A stretch of 64,000 nucleotides of DNA from an uncultured Eubacteriales bacterium (lineage in GTDB: Bacteria > Bacillota > Clostridia > Oscillospirales > CAG-272), in NCBI GenBank assembly GCA_900542425.1, contig UQNQ01000007.1, positions 4,119-68,118 of the forward strand. The letters are read 5' to 3'. The position numbers were made by a program, and so were the translations under genes. The notes below the pieces were generated by a model, which ran no database searches, had not been told where the DNA came from, and saw only the letters and a program-made list of their open reading frames with translations. How positions within the stretch are numbered: the first letter of the stretch is position 1; each line of letters starts with the position of its first letter. Positions 16,434 through 26,151 of the stretch are shown piece by piece.

Positions 16434-18296
16434 TTAAAATTCAGTCGGCGGTTTTGCCGAACTGTATAGGCTTTTTTTGCGTTCCGATTTTTTCTCCGGT
16501 TCAGGTGTTGATATAGGCTCACTTTGAATTGGCGGCGAACAAACATAAGTCGGCTGATAATTCATAATAGAAGTTTTCTGAATCTGTTTAACCATCGGGT
16601 GTTTTGTGTAGTCCATTTTCTTCAGTTTTAGGACGTTACAGCCGCGAATAATGCATAGCAGCTCTTCGTTTGGTAATCGAAGCACCTCATCAGGAGTAAG
16701 TAAGCGCCGTTTACCTTGCCCTTCCGTATGGCGATATTGCGGTATTACCTGAGCAACTGCGATAGTTCTTCTTACCGTCATAGTGGAATTAACTTCTATA
16801 CTCATATCTCCGCTGCGAGCGGAAAAATATTCTGCGCTAACATCATCGGTACATCCAAGCATAAGTTGGATGTCACAATTTCCGACGATTTCTGACCAAA
16901 GATTGTTGGGATATCGATTTTGTAACTGGCCTAAGCTTTGTACGGCCAGCATCACTCGGATATTTCTTGAGCGAATGGTGCTGAGAGAACGGCAGAAATC
17001 AGATCCATCTGGCGCTGCTCCAAGTTTACCTATGTTATTAAACTCATCCAGTATTAAATTAACGGGAACGTCACAGCTGCCATTTGGTCTGGAGTCGGCA
17101 TATCTCGTCAGCTTAATAAACATACATGAGAAAAATAGAGATGATAAAAACGCCATTGTTGCATCTTGATCACTTAAAACAATGTAATAGGCACATTTTC
17201 TCTTAGCCGGTAAAGTCAGATCAATGTCTGAGCGGCTTGTAATTCTCTGAACGGCCTCGTTTTGAAGCACCTGCAATCGCGTACCAAGTCCCAGTATGAT
17301 GCCGGAGCGTACCGTGTCACTGGACTGAGAAAAAAGATTATAAGGTGCCCGTGCTGGATGGTCGAGTGGAAGCTTCTCAAAAATTGCAGTGAGTTGTCTT
17401 TCACTGTGTTGTGTCAATGCCTGATACACCGCCGGAAGATGCTTCAGATCTACATTACGACTCCGATCCTGATCAACAAGTAGGATCAAAGCTTTTAGCA
17501 GATTTCCTTCACCATTATCCCAAAAGTGATCTCCTTTTCCGGAACTGGTATTTCCGATAATGACATTCGTCAGAACCTGTGCCATCAAAGTATCACCGTT
17601 TAAGTCTGACATACAGTTCCAAGAATCACTGTGCTCTGGGGTTACCAGATTAAACACCTTGACTTCGTAGCCGTTGTTGCGGTACATTTCTGCTGTATCT
17701 GCATAAAGCTCTGCCTTGCTGTCTGTAATAATTACAGATTCACCACGTTTCATTGCCTGGAACAAAGCATTACGAATAACAGCTCTTGATTTCATGGTTC
17801 CGGATGCACCAAAAATAGCAATATGACGATTGAGTCTGGTATCCTTTGGCATACAGACAATTTTACCTTTGTATTCGCCCAATATAGTACCTTCAGCTTT
17901 TTCTGGTGTGGTTACTTCCAGCTCCTCTTGCATTTCTTTCTCGCTCATCCATGTGGCGGTTCCGTATGTGCCGTTTTTTACCACCTTGAAGCCGCGTTCA
18001 TCATAGTCTTTGCTTCCAAATTTATCGTGAAACTTTACATAAGCAAAAATTGCTGCTCCAACAACCAGAATAAATAGGATCCCTTTCATCCCGTTTAAGG
18101 TAAATGCCTGCGGGAAACAGAATAGTGGATTAAAGTTCACAGGACGCATTATGTTCTGTCCGCCAAGCCCGCCGCTGTCCATCCAAATGGAATAGTTTGT
18201 GAGCAATTGTCCAATCAGTCCACCCAAATAAAAAAGTGCCGCCAAACCCAGTATGGTGGCAGCAACAATAGCGGCTTTTCTATATTTATCTTTCAA
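16434..18296 (-). CDS. VirD4/TraG-type type IV coupling protein
   Basis: Two N-terminal TM segments, Walker A FGASGTMKSR, Walker B-like ILDEF, and typical TraG-family length. Confidence 0.9.
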   Translation of the reverse strand: MKDKYRKAAIVAATILGLAALFYLGGLIGQLLTNYSIWMDSGGLGGQNIMRPVNFNPLFCFPQAFTLNGMKGILFILVVGAAIFAYVKFHDKFGSKDYDERGFKVVKNGTYGTATWMSEKEMQEELEVTTPEKAEGTILGEYKGKIVCMPKDTRLNRHIAIFGASGTMKSRAVIRNALFQAMKRGESVIITDSKAELYADTAEMYRNNGYEVKVFNLVTPEHSDSWNCMSDLNGDTLMAQVLTNVIIGNTSSGKGDHFWDNGEGNLLKALILLVDQDRSRNVDLKHLPAVYQALTQHSERQLTAIFEKLPLDHPARAPYNLFSQSSDTVRSGIILGLGTRLQVLQNEAVQRITSRSDIDLTLPAKRKCAYYIVLSDQDATMAFLSSLFFSCMFIKLTRYADSRPNGSCDVPVNLILDEFNNIGKLGAAPDGSDFCRSLSTIRSRNIRVMLAVQSLGQLQNRYPNNLWSEIVGNCDIQLMLGCTDDVSAEYFSARSGDMSIEVNSTMTVRRTIAVAQVIPQYRHTEGQGKRRLLTPDEVLRLPNEELLCIIRGCNVLKLKKMDYTKHPMVKQIQKTSIMNYQPTYVCSPPIQSEPISTPEPEKKSERKKSLYSSAKPPTEF

Positions 18297-19446
18297 CCAT
18301 AAATTCCTCCTTTTGCCCCATTGCTTTTTCCACTAATCTCATACTGATAAATTTCAAATAGACCTGTGGACCAAGATATTTACGGAGGAGAGATCCCTGT
18401 TCAGGAAAACACAGGATTTCAAATGATTTCATATCAGTCTGAAGTGCTTCGCGCAATCGGATTAAGCGTGCAATATCATTATCCAGATACGAATACACAT
18501 ACTTGTTATCAATAAAGGCATCATATTCCATCATACCTTGTCCTCCAGACTGAGTTTCCTTGTCAAACAACAAATCCAGAAGTTTAGTTTTCCATCCAGG
18601 TATGGAAAGAAGACGAAGTAGTCTTATGCCAAAGTCATTCATAGGTACAAAGTAGATGTTCTGATAGATGCTGTCGAATCTAAACTCCAAACGCCTGTTC
18701 TTTTCAGTTTCCATCAATGTTTTGAGTGCAATCTCCTCAGACTCACCTAACAGAATTGCCGACTGAATGTTTTGAACACCGGCATTCATACGGCTAATCT
18801 CGATTAGATTGTGTAAAGCCTTGAACTCACCCATACCATTCCATTTCATAAGAGCGTTGCGGGTGTTGTATACCGCATAAGCTTCGCTTGGAGAAAATAT
18901 AGCGCCCGCCATCCGGGTAAACACCGTCTTGCTCATTTCTGAGTCTCCGAGTTTCTTGAGATCCTTAGCCAGGTAATACGCAGAATATTCCGGTACTGTC
19001 AGACTGATTTGCATATTCTGAAGAGAAGGTAAAGAATATGGCCGGCATTCAATGCCAGCTGCCATACACATCATAACCGATTCGGCAACTCTATGATTTC
19101 TTTCGATATGAGCTGCATCACCCGGAAACTTATGATCCCAAAAAGAATGCATATAGTAATCATACGCATCCGGATGAATCCATTCCAGTATGGGAAGAGC
19201 AGCTTTTGAAAATCGGATGGATTTGCTTGAACCTTTACCGGATACATTTAGGAGCTTACAGGTTATTCTTTCTTCAGTCTGGGTATGGGGGAGACGATAA
19301 TCTTGTGGTGTTGTCATCTTGTGAACCAATGCCTTCAGCACCCGTTCATTTCCAAGAATTTTCAATGAGCGCATTGGAAATTCACCCGTCACGGATAGCA
19401 AGGTGATGATGTTGAGCGCGTGACTGCCTGTCCGAAGTGTAATCAT
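18286..19446 (-). CDS. Hypothetical protein translationally coupled to the coupling protein gene (candidate DNA-processing factor)
   Basis: Start at MITLRTGSH (GGAGG SD). 11-nt overlap with the VirD4 start. The N-terminus looks like a winged helix. Confidence 0.55.
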   Translation of the reverse strand: MITLRTGSHALNIITLLSVTGEFPMRSLKILGNERVLKALVHKMTTPQDYRLPHTQTEERITCKLLNVSGKGSSKSIRFSKAALPILEWIHPDAYDYYMHSFWDHKFPGDAAHIERNHRVAESVMMCMAAGIECRPYSLPSLQNMQISLTVPEYSAYYLAKDLKKLGDSEMSKTVFTRMAGAIFSPSEAYAVYNTRNALMKWNGMGEFKALHNLIEISRMNAGVQNIQSAILLGESEEIALKTLMETEKNRRLEFRFDSIYQNIYFVPMNDFGIRLLRLLSIPGWKTKLLDLLFDKETQSGGQGMMEYDAFIDNKYVYSYLDNDIARLIRLREALQTDMKSFEILCFPEQGSLLRKYLGPQVYLKFISMRLVEKAMGQKEEFMVER

Positions 19447-19599
19447 CCCGACCTCCTTAGAATGAGGCGTTTTAAGACAGTATGACTGCTCTCTTTGTCG
19501 GATTTTCCATCGCAAAAATGCCTCCAAACAGCTGATATTTCAGGGCTTTTTCGGTTTAGCAAATATATGTAATTTTTTCTGCTCGATTTTCTCCCTTTT

Positions 19600-20307
19600 T
19601 TACATATGTTTTTGAGGCGGTTTTTGGCATTCTTCATAGAGTTTCACTCCTTCTTCAGGGATGTTTTTTTCAAGAATCAGCCATTGTGCAAACTCATCAC
19701 GCGGAACAACATAAACCTCTGTTCGGTCACTCTCTCCAGCAGCACTGCAATAATAATGGCAGCATTTCATAGGAGCATCATCCGGCATAACATAAAGAGC
19801 AACAATGTCTGTCACCATATTAACCTCGATATTATCGTGATCGCGATACTGACGCTCCGGGCGATCTCTGCTGTAAACATGCCTGAATATCAAAACGCAA
19901 TCCGTATAGCGTACTGGGGGTACATAAGAGAAGAAATGCTGCATCACCGGATAGAGATAAGAGCGAATGTATGAAGCTGATCCATCTTCTTTTTTAGGGA
20001 GAAGCGCCGGTATTCGCAAACAGAACCATCCTTCAATGGTGAAGCCTATTTTAACGGATACCGATTCAGAAATAATCAGTTCAACATCATGCTTTGCACA
20101 AGGCGATCCGGTATAAGCAGGAAGTGTTCTTGTAACCAGTGTTGCTCTTTCTGCACTTGAGGCTGCCTTTAAAGCCATTTCATAGGCTGCCGGCAATTCT
20201 CCTGACTGAACCAAATGTTCTACACATTGAAGCTCAACCGATAGCCGTTTTACTATACTTTCGGCTTTTTGCAGAACTTTCTCGAATGCAGTTTTAGGCA
20301 TCTGCAT
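19600..20307 (-). CDS. Hypothetical protein with a RusA-like motif in the C-terminal half
   Basis: RDHDNIEVNMVTDIVALYVMPDDA parallels RusA RDLDNLQKAAFDAL...LDDA (recalled from memory). Confidence 0.45.
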   Translation of the reverse strand: MQMPKTAFEKVLQKAESIVKRLSVELQCVEHLVQSGELPAAYEMALKAASSAERATLVTRTLPAYTGSPCAKHDVELIISESVSVKIGFTIEGWFCLRIPALLPKKEDGSASYIRSYLYPVMQHFFSYVPPVRYTDCVLIFRHVYSRDRPERQYRDHDNIEVNMVTDIVALYVMPDDAPMKCCHYYCSAAGESDRTEVYVVPRDEFAQWLILEKNIPEEGVKLYEECQKPPQKHM

Positions 20308-20830
20308 TTTTTAACACCTCCTCTGAATAAAAAGTAACATTAGGTTCTTCCTGACCGTCAAAATCCACAGTGGCATATAAACATGGAACCTTAGGCAGAT
20401 AAAGTGATTGGACCATGGAAATATGCGGAACAACAATGATATATTTTAATTCTTCCTGTGGCTGAAGCAGTCTGGTTAAATGTTGTTCTCCCTCATACAA
20501 TACGACAATCTCGTAGCCCATATTTTCTTTTAAGAAAAAGAGTTGTGATGGGTAAACTGCCGGGTAATGGGCTAAAGGATCCACATGATCAATAAAGTGC
20601 AGTAAAACCCAAACAGCAAGAATCAGGCGCTGATCAGGTTTGCACATTTCATCTAACGCGAGATAATATCCTCCGACATCAGTAATCCTCATCTGTCTTT
20701 TAAGACTGCGGATTATTTTTTCTGCTGTTTCCGGAGTTTTGTCTCTTAATAAGCGTATCACCTGAGCTTTTGGCAGAGGCCCGTATTGAGACAGCCATTT
20801 GATAATGTATTGCTCATCTTTTAAAAGCAT
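20294..20830 (-). CDS. Hypothetical conserved ICE protein
   Basis: 178-aa ORF that overlaps the downstream gene by 14 nt. Confidence 0.5.
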   Translation of the reverse strand: MLLKDEQYIIKWLSQYGPLPKAQVIRLLRDKTPETAEKIIRSLKRQMRITDVGGYYLALDEMCKPDQRLILAVWVLLHFIDHVDPLAHYPAVYPSQLFFLKENMGYEIVVLYEGEQHLTRLLQPQEELKYIIVVPHISMVQSLYLPKVPCLYATVDFDGQEEPNVTFYSEEVLKNADA

Positions 20831-20874
20831 TTTTTGCTCACCTCCTTGTGCGCATTTTTTATAAAATACGCATT

Positions 20875-23403
20875 TTAGCCGAAATGCGTTTGATTTTGTT
20901 TCCGTTTCAGCAAGGCTTCCAGCTCAGCTCGGTCAGTCGTTATCATTTCCTGTTCTGTTTTTGAGGCTTTTACGACTACAGGGATCTTGCTGTTGTTACT
21001 GTAAATCAAAGCTTCTCCTCGTTCAAACTGAGTAATGGATCGAATTTCTGTTTTTGTAAGCTTCAATGTCTCTCGTACATATTCAGCTTCATCCGGCTCC
21101 AGATTCAAGATAATTTTGTTTTTGCTGTTGTTTATAATGGCTCTTCCATATTTGCCATCATCCAGACTAAAGAAATCTGATAAGTCTTGTGTCGCTGCAA
21201 TTGCAGCGCCTCCAAAGCCTCGGATGGTTTTAAAGATTGTCAAACAGAATTCAGCCGCCTGACGATTGGAAGAAGCTCCGATTAACTGCCAAATCTCATC
21301 AATCATGATTGCTTTCTTCTTGGTTCTGTCTGCTTTGATATTGTCCCAAACATAATCCAGTGCAATCATCATTCCAACCGGGAGCAATTTTCCTTTTAGT
21401 TCAGACAAGTCCAACACAATATATTTATTACTCAAATCCACATTGGTCTGGCGATTGAAACTTTGTGCCGATCCAGTTACAAATCTGCTCACAATCGTTG
21501 CTATACGGCTTGTCATAGGGTTTTCTTGAAGGTGCTTATGTAAATCCCCAAGTATGGGCATTTTCTTCATAACCGGCGGATTTACATTCATATCTTCATA
21601 CAGCGAACTGTTATCGTGAGTTATTCCAAATTCGTTGTAGGTCTTTATTAACGCCTCATCCAACATCTGTTCTTCTTCATTCGTCATGTCCGGGATAAGA
21701 AGCGTAAAGAAAATCATCAGCTGCTGAATTTTTTTGGCAAGCATAGAATCCATGTCGTTGTAGTCCACATCATCAATCAGTTCCATTTCTGGAGATATGG
21801 TATGGCGAATCTCCATTACATTGATACAATGAGGAGATCCAGGGGCAATTTTAATAAATTCACCGCCTATTTTATCGCAGGCTCTTTTGAACTCGTGCCC
21901 TTTAATGGGAGCCACAATATAACACTGAATACCACGCATTCTCATTCTGAGTGCGAGCAGCTGCATAGTGAAGGTCTTACCAGCACCACTGGTGCCACAC
22001 ATAGTCAAGTTTGCATTTTTGTTTTTCTTCGTATTAAAAAGATCGACAATGCAAAGCGAATTGTTATGCCTATTGATTCCAAGTAAAACGCCTGTATCAT
22101 CTGACATCTCAAAGCTTGTAAACATATAGGAAGCGGCAGCACCACTTGTCAAAACATTCCTCTTTGTTTTCTTTTGCAATCTGGGATCTATCTGCAAAAA
22201 CGGCATGACTGACCTGAGCGCTGCTTCCTGTTGAAAGCGGCAATCACTGGTATAGATATCCATAGATTTCAGCATATCCACCATCTGCCTTTTTCGCCAC
22301 ATCAGTTCTTCATAACTCTTTGCTGATACTGTAATAAAAACTGAGATGTAAAACAAATCCTCATTCTGATTGGCGATTCCATTTTTTATGTAATATCCAG
22401 CAGAGATGGAATTGGCCAGTTCTTCATAATCCGTACTGGTATCCTGAAGGCTCTTGAGCTTAGTGCGGTTAAGCCGGATACGCTGTGCAACTTTATCAAT
22501 AGTTTTACTTCGGTTCTCACGTTGCAGTATTACATCAGTATCAACGCCTTGCCCTGCGTTAATAAGAGCGGACATCCATCCACCACGCACGGTATTCGGA
22601 AAACCATCCTTTTTGATATAAAGGAAGGAATAATAGAGACCGTCCATGATGATGTAATTGTAATGTGTCAGGTCAATACCGCGTGGCGTTATAAAGTGTG
22701 CGATCTTAATTGGAGGAACTGGGTCTACACCAATCACTTTCTTTTTTGCGGCCATTGTGTCTACAACTACACGATTGACACGAGAAGAAAAGGGTTCATC
22801 CACACATGAGCGCCTGTTAAAATACATATACAAAATTTCTGCAGTTGCTTCATCGGGATCTTTAGGCTGAATAATGGAATTTCCGCACTGCATAAAATAA
22901 GCTCTTGCGTTTTGTTCAGCCGTTTGCAGCATGCTATAAATTTTCCCGTAATCATTCTCCTCATTTCGGTGCAGCTCTTCGTATTGGAAGATTAAAAAGA
23001 AGCGCCTGGTCAGCGCTTCACGATTCCCGATATCTTTAATCAGTCGAATATAGTCTTCGCTGAGTTCCTTGCATTTTTCATTATCTTCCTCTTTCAGATC
23101 TTGCCGTACCATAGCAATGTGTTTGTCTGAGTCGGCTTTTCTTGTGATAGACTTGAACTGCAACCTCATAGGAGATATTTTAAGCCAGCTTGCAAAGGAA
23201 GAAATTATATTGGCTTGCTCCTCATCAGAGCGAAGCAAAAAGTTGATTGGCTCGATTTCAAGGATTTTAATATAGCGCCCGTCAACGGTTTCAATAATAC
23301 CGTTGCTCAAATTTTTTATAGGGAGAAAATCCTGAACAAACTCAAGCTTTTCGACTTTTTGCTTTTTTCCGCTTCTTTGTGTTTTTGAGCTGTGCTTTGT
23401 CAT
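20875..23403 (-). CDS. VirB4-like conjugal transfer ATPase
   Basis: 842 aa, Walker A GTSGAGKTF, Walker B IMIDEIW. Confidence 0.9.
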   Translation of the reverse strand: MTKHSSKTQRSGKKQKVEKLEFVQDFLPIKNLSNGIIETVDGRYIKILEIEPINFLLRSDEEQANIISSFASWLKISPMRLQFKSITRKADSDKHIAMVRQDLKEEDNEKCKELSEDYIRLIKDIGNREALTRRFFLIFQYEELHRNEENDYGKIYSMLQTAEQNARAYFMQCGNSIIQPKDPDEATAEILYMYFNRRSCVDEPFSSRVNRVVVDTMAAKKKVIGVDPVPPIKIAHFITPRGIDLTHYNYIIMDGLYYSFLYIKKDGFPNTVRGGWMSALINAGQGVDTDVILQRENRSKTIDKVAQRIRLNRTKLKSLQDTSTDYEELANSISAGYYIKNGIANQNEDLFYISVFITVSAKSYEELMWRKRQMVDMLKSMDIYTSDCRFQQEAALRSVMPFLQIDPRLQKKTKRNVLTSGAAASYMFTSFEMSDDTGVLLGINRHNNSLCIVDLFNTKKNKNANLTMCGTSGAGKTFTMQLLALRMRMRGIQCYIVAPIKGHEFKRACDKIGGEFIKIAPGSPHCINVMEIRHTISPEMELIDDVDYNDMDSMLAKKIQQLMIFFTLLIPDMTNEEEQMLDEALIKTYNEFGITHDNSSLYEDMNVNPPVMKKMPILGDLHKHLQENPMTSRIATIVSRFVTGSAQSFNRQTNVDLSNKYIVLDLSELKGKLLPVGMMIALDYVWDNIKADRTKKKAIMIDEIWQLIGASSNRQAAEFCLTIFKTIRGFGGAAIAATQDLSDFFSLDDGKYGRAIINNSKNKIILNLEPDEAEYVRETLKLTKTEIRSITQFERGEALIYSNNSKIPVVVKASKTEQEMITTDRAELEALLKRKQNQTHFG

Positions 23404-23722
23404 ATTTGTATCCCACCCTTCTCATATGAAGTTTTCGTCTGTGAATTCCAAACCTGCATATATGACCCAAGAACTGAAATAAGGAATCTCCGTCAATACC
23501 CATAACGGACAGGACTGCAAGAGGCATGAGTGTTACTACCATTACAACAATTCGAATGGTGCCGGGCATCGGAATCAGCATCAATTCTGGATACCCCACC
23601 AAAAGAAGAAGAAAAACGGTTTCCACTGCATTTCTTGGTTCAACCATGCCGCCGAGTATTTTTCCTGAATCGGTATAGTTGGCTGGGATTGCATATACAT
23701 TTCGAATTTCTTTTTCATCCAT
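23342..23722 (-). CDS. PrgI/TcpE (VirB3-like) small membrane protein
   Basis: Two TM helices, a basic tail, and position immediately upstream of and overlapping VirB4. Confidence 0.7.
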   Translation of the reverse strand: MDEKEIRNVYAIPANYTDSGKILGGMVEPRNAVETVFLLLLVGYPELMLIPMPGTIRIVVMVVTLMPLAVLSVMGIDGDSLFQFLGHICRFGIHRRKLHMRRVGYKYDKAQLKNTKKRKKAKSRKA

Positions 23723-23789
23723 ATAATCATACCTTTCTGCTGTATCAAAGAAGTACTCCGATACAGCACGGGTCTATTGTCTTAAAGAA

Positions 23790-24026
23790 TCAAGTGTTAT
23801 AAAGCCCTTTCAGCATATTATCTACTTCCTCATAGGACGCAAAAGAAACATTTCGTTTCAAAAGATAAGAAACCGCATCACTCCATTCCCACAGAGAGTA
23901 GTTTTGTTTGTTCGGGAACAGATACAGTTCTCTGACTACACAGTCGTTTATCCTATGATTCAGGCGAAGATCAGAAAGATATGCCGCATGATATTTTTGG
24001 GCCAACTCATCCAGAAGTCCTTTCAT
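23790..24026 (-). CDS. Small hypothetical protein
   Basis: Start at MKGLLDELAQ, preceded by GGAGG. Confidence 0.45.
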   Translation of the reverse strand: MKGLLDELAQKYHAAYLSDLRLNHRINDCVVRELYLFPNKQNYSLWEWSDAVSYLLKRNVSFASYEEVDNMLKGLYNT

Positions 24027-24044
24027 TTTTCCTCCTATCACAAA

Positions 24045-26072
24045 CTATCTGCCCAATCTGTAGATTTTTGCTGTTGTTTTATATCTTCCAAGTCTTAGGG
24101 CTTCCTGATGATCCGGAACATAGATATCTACACGATGGATGTCATTTTCTATACCGGAGCCGCCCCGATCTTCCACTGTATACATGGTGCCGTTAATCAT
24201 GATTTGTGTTCCAAACGGATAGTGGCTGGACATTGCAACCATTCCTTGTGCCACTGGCTTTCCACTTGCAGTAATGCCACTGGCGTTTTCACCACAGCAT
24301 TTACTGCATGCACAGTAATGTGTAACATCAACTTCGATGGTGGAAATGGGGTCTCCAGTAGTACCGTTCGGCACAGGAGCATCAAAATCTACATCTTTGG
24401 GGCGTCTAAGTGAGAGCGTTGATTCATAACTCGGTGTGTTAAAGATGACACCTTCACCGCCGGAGGAATGAACCCACATTCGCTCACCGTTATCGCCTAC
24501 ACCGGCATAAATCAATACATGGTTCCACCCTTGACCATCTTCATTCATTAAAAATCCAAGATCACCGGGTAAAAGCTCATCTTCTGTAATAGCATAGGAG
24601 TTATCCCATTGGCTCCAAGTGCCTTCATAAAGGCTAACTCCAACAGCCGTTTTGTAGGTCCAATCAGTAAAACCGGAACAGTCAAGACCAAATGGGCGAA
24701 TGGTTCCAGTTGTACTGGATCCAGCTGCTGTAACCAGTTTCGGTGTATTCCATTCATCATTCCATCCCGGAGGAGATTTTCCACCCCAGAAATAAGGAAC
24801 CTTTCCAACAAGAGAAAGTGCTGTTTCTAAAATATGTTTTCTGACTGCACTGCAATTTTGGCGGCTCACAAATGCAATCAGCTCCTCATCTGTCAAAGGA
24901 ACACTTTGTCCATTTCCTACTGAACCGTACAGTGTCATTTTTAAGGCATTTGCCATGCTTTTAATTACCTGATCATAGGTTTGACTTGTTCCTCCATACT
25001 TTGCTGACAAATCCAATCCAAATGCTTTGGCAATAATGGATTCATCAAAAGAATGAATGGTACATTCCAGATAGGTTACTGTCTTTTTCGTAGGGGAAAG
25101 TGTTTCTTCACCATTTTGAGTGTAATAAGTTTCTGTACGGGTTCCGGTTATAGTATTACCGGAATAAACCGGAACGGAAACGCTTACCTCCTCATATTTA
25201 GGAACGGTTACAGATACATCGGAAGTTTTTGACTGATCCGGCACATAGTATGTTTTCGTCGCAGTCTCATACCGATATTGCGGGACTCCATTGATTGTAC
25301 CGGTCGTCACAGTTTTTGTTACAACTGTAACTGAAACGGATTTATAGGTGTAATAGTTAACCGGTACCACGATTTCTTTCGTTTTCTCTACTGAAGTTAC
25401 CGGAAACATGTCTTCTTTGTATGCACTCAATTTTGAGCGCATATCTGATTCACTGGTGTTTTTTTGGTCCATAGATATCGAATAAGCTGCAAGGATATAA
25501 CTGACATCATACCCAGCAGAGCTTTGTCCGTGATTGATTAGAGCTTCCATTGATAAATCATAGTCATAGCCGCCATCAGTGATAAGCTTCTCAACCTCAT
25601 CTAAAGAATAGTTGTATCCTTCATCTACGATCTCAGAAACCGCTGTAGATAAAGTTTGGTAGGTCCCTGTTAGAGTCGCATTAGAATCGACTGTAGACCC
25701 ATCTAATCCAAAAATGCTGTTCGTTATAATGGTTGGGAGAGAAGCAACCATAACAACTAAAAAAAGCAGGCATAGACAGATAAAAATTAAAATCTTATAT
25801 AGTGTATGTCGAAGAGACCAAGCTGCTGAAAGAACAGCACCCCAAGGACCTCCGGCAGCTGTACCAGTTGCAATTTCAGCAACTGCTTTTCCGCCTTCAA
25901 CGCTTGCTTGAACCGTAGCTGCTGCGGCATTTGCAGTTGCTTCAACACCTTTGGCGGCTGCCTGTTTTGCGGCTTCCTGACCGAGCTGTTTAGCGGCTTT
26001 CGCCATTTGTGCAGCGGCTTGACGATAATTATCACCGCCATCTCCCATTTGTGTTTTGTTTGGCTCGGCCAT
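24045..26072 (-). CDS. T4SS cell-wall hydrolase (TM anchor, NlpC/P60 domain, C-terminal 3D domain)
   Basis: NlpC/P60 catalytic region GLDCSGFTDWTY...WNHVLIYAG. The 3D-like end is HYCACSKCCG...TVEDRGG...VDIYV. Confidence 0.85.
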   Translation of the reverse strand: MAEPNKTQMGDGGDNYRQAAAQMAKAAKQLGQEAAKQAAAKGVEATANAAAATVQASVEGGKAVAEIATGTAAGGPWGAVLSAAWSLRHTLYKILIFICLCLLFLVVMVASLPTIITNSIFGLDGSTVDSNATLTGTYQTLSTAVSEIVDEGYNYSLDEVEKLITDGGYDYDLSMEALINHGQSSAGYDVSYILAAYSISMDQKNTSESDMRSKLSAYKEDMFPVTSVEKTKEIVVPVNYYTYKSVSVTVVTKTVTTGTINGVPQYRYETATKTYYVPDQSKTSDVSVTVPKYEEVSVSVPVYSGNTITGTRTETYYTQNGEETLSPTKKTVTYLECTIHSFDESIIAKAFGLDLSAKYGGTSQTYDQVIKSMANALKMTLYGSVGNGQSVPLTDEELIAFVSRQNCSAVRKHILETALSLVGKVPYFWGGKSPPGWNDEWNTPKLVTAAGSSTTGTIRPFGLDCSGFTDWTYKTAVGVSLYEGTWSQWDNSYAITEDELLPGDLGFLMNEDGQGWNHVLIYAGVGDNGERMWVHSSGGEGVIFNTPSYESTLSLRRPKDVDFDAPVPNGTTGDPISTIEVDVTHYCACSKCCGENASGITASGKPVAQGMVAMSSHYPFGTQIMINGTMYTVEDRGGSGIENDIHRVDIYVPDHQEALRLGRYKTTAKIYRLGR

Positions 26073-26101
26073 CTTTCCACCTCCCTTATATTGGATAAAT
26101 G

Positions 26102-26145
26102 AAAACAGCCATAGTTTTTGGAATTTCCATAACTATGGCTGTTTT
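26102..26145 (-). terminator. 44-nt near-perfect palindrome between the VirB6-like and hydrolase genes
   Basis: AAAACAGCCATAGTT(26102-26116)/AACTATGGCTGTTTT(26131-26145). On the minus strand it is followed by UUUUCAUUUAU if the A:U end of the stem frays. Confidence 0.4.
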
Positions 26146-26151
26146 ACTTCG

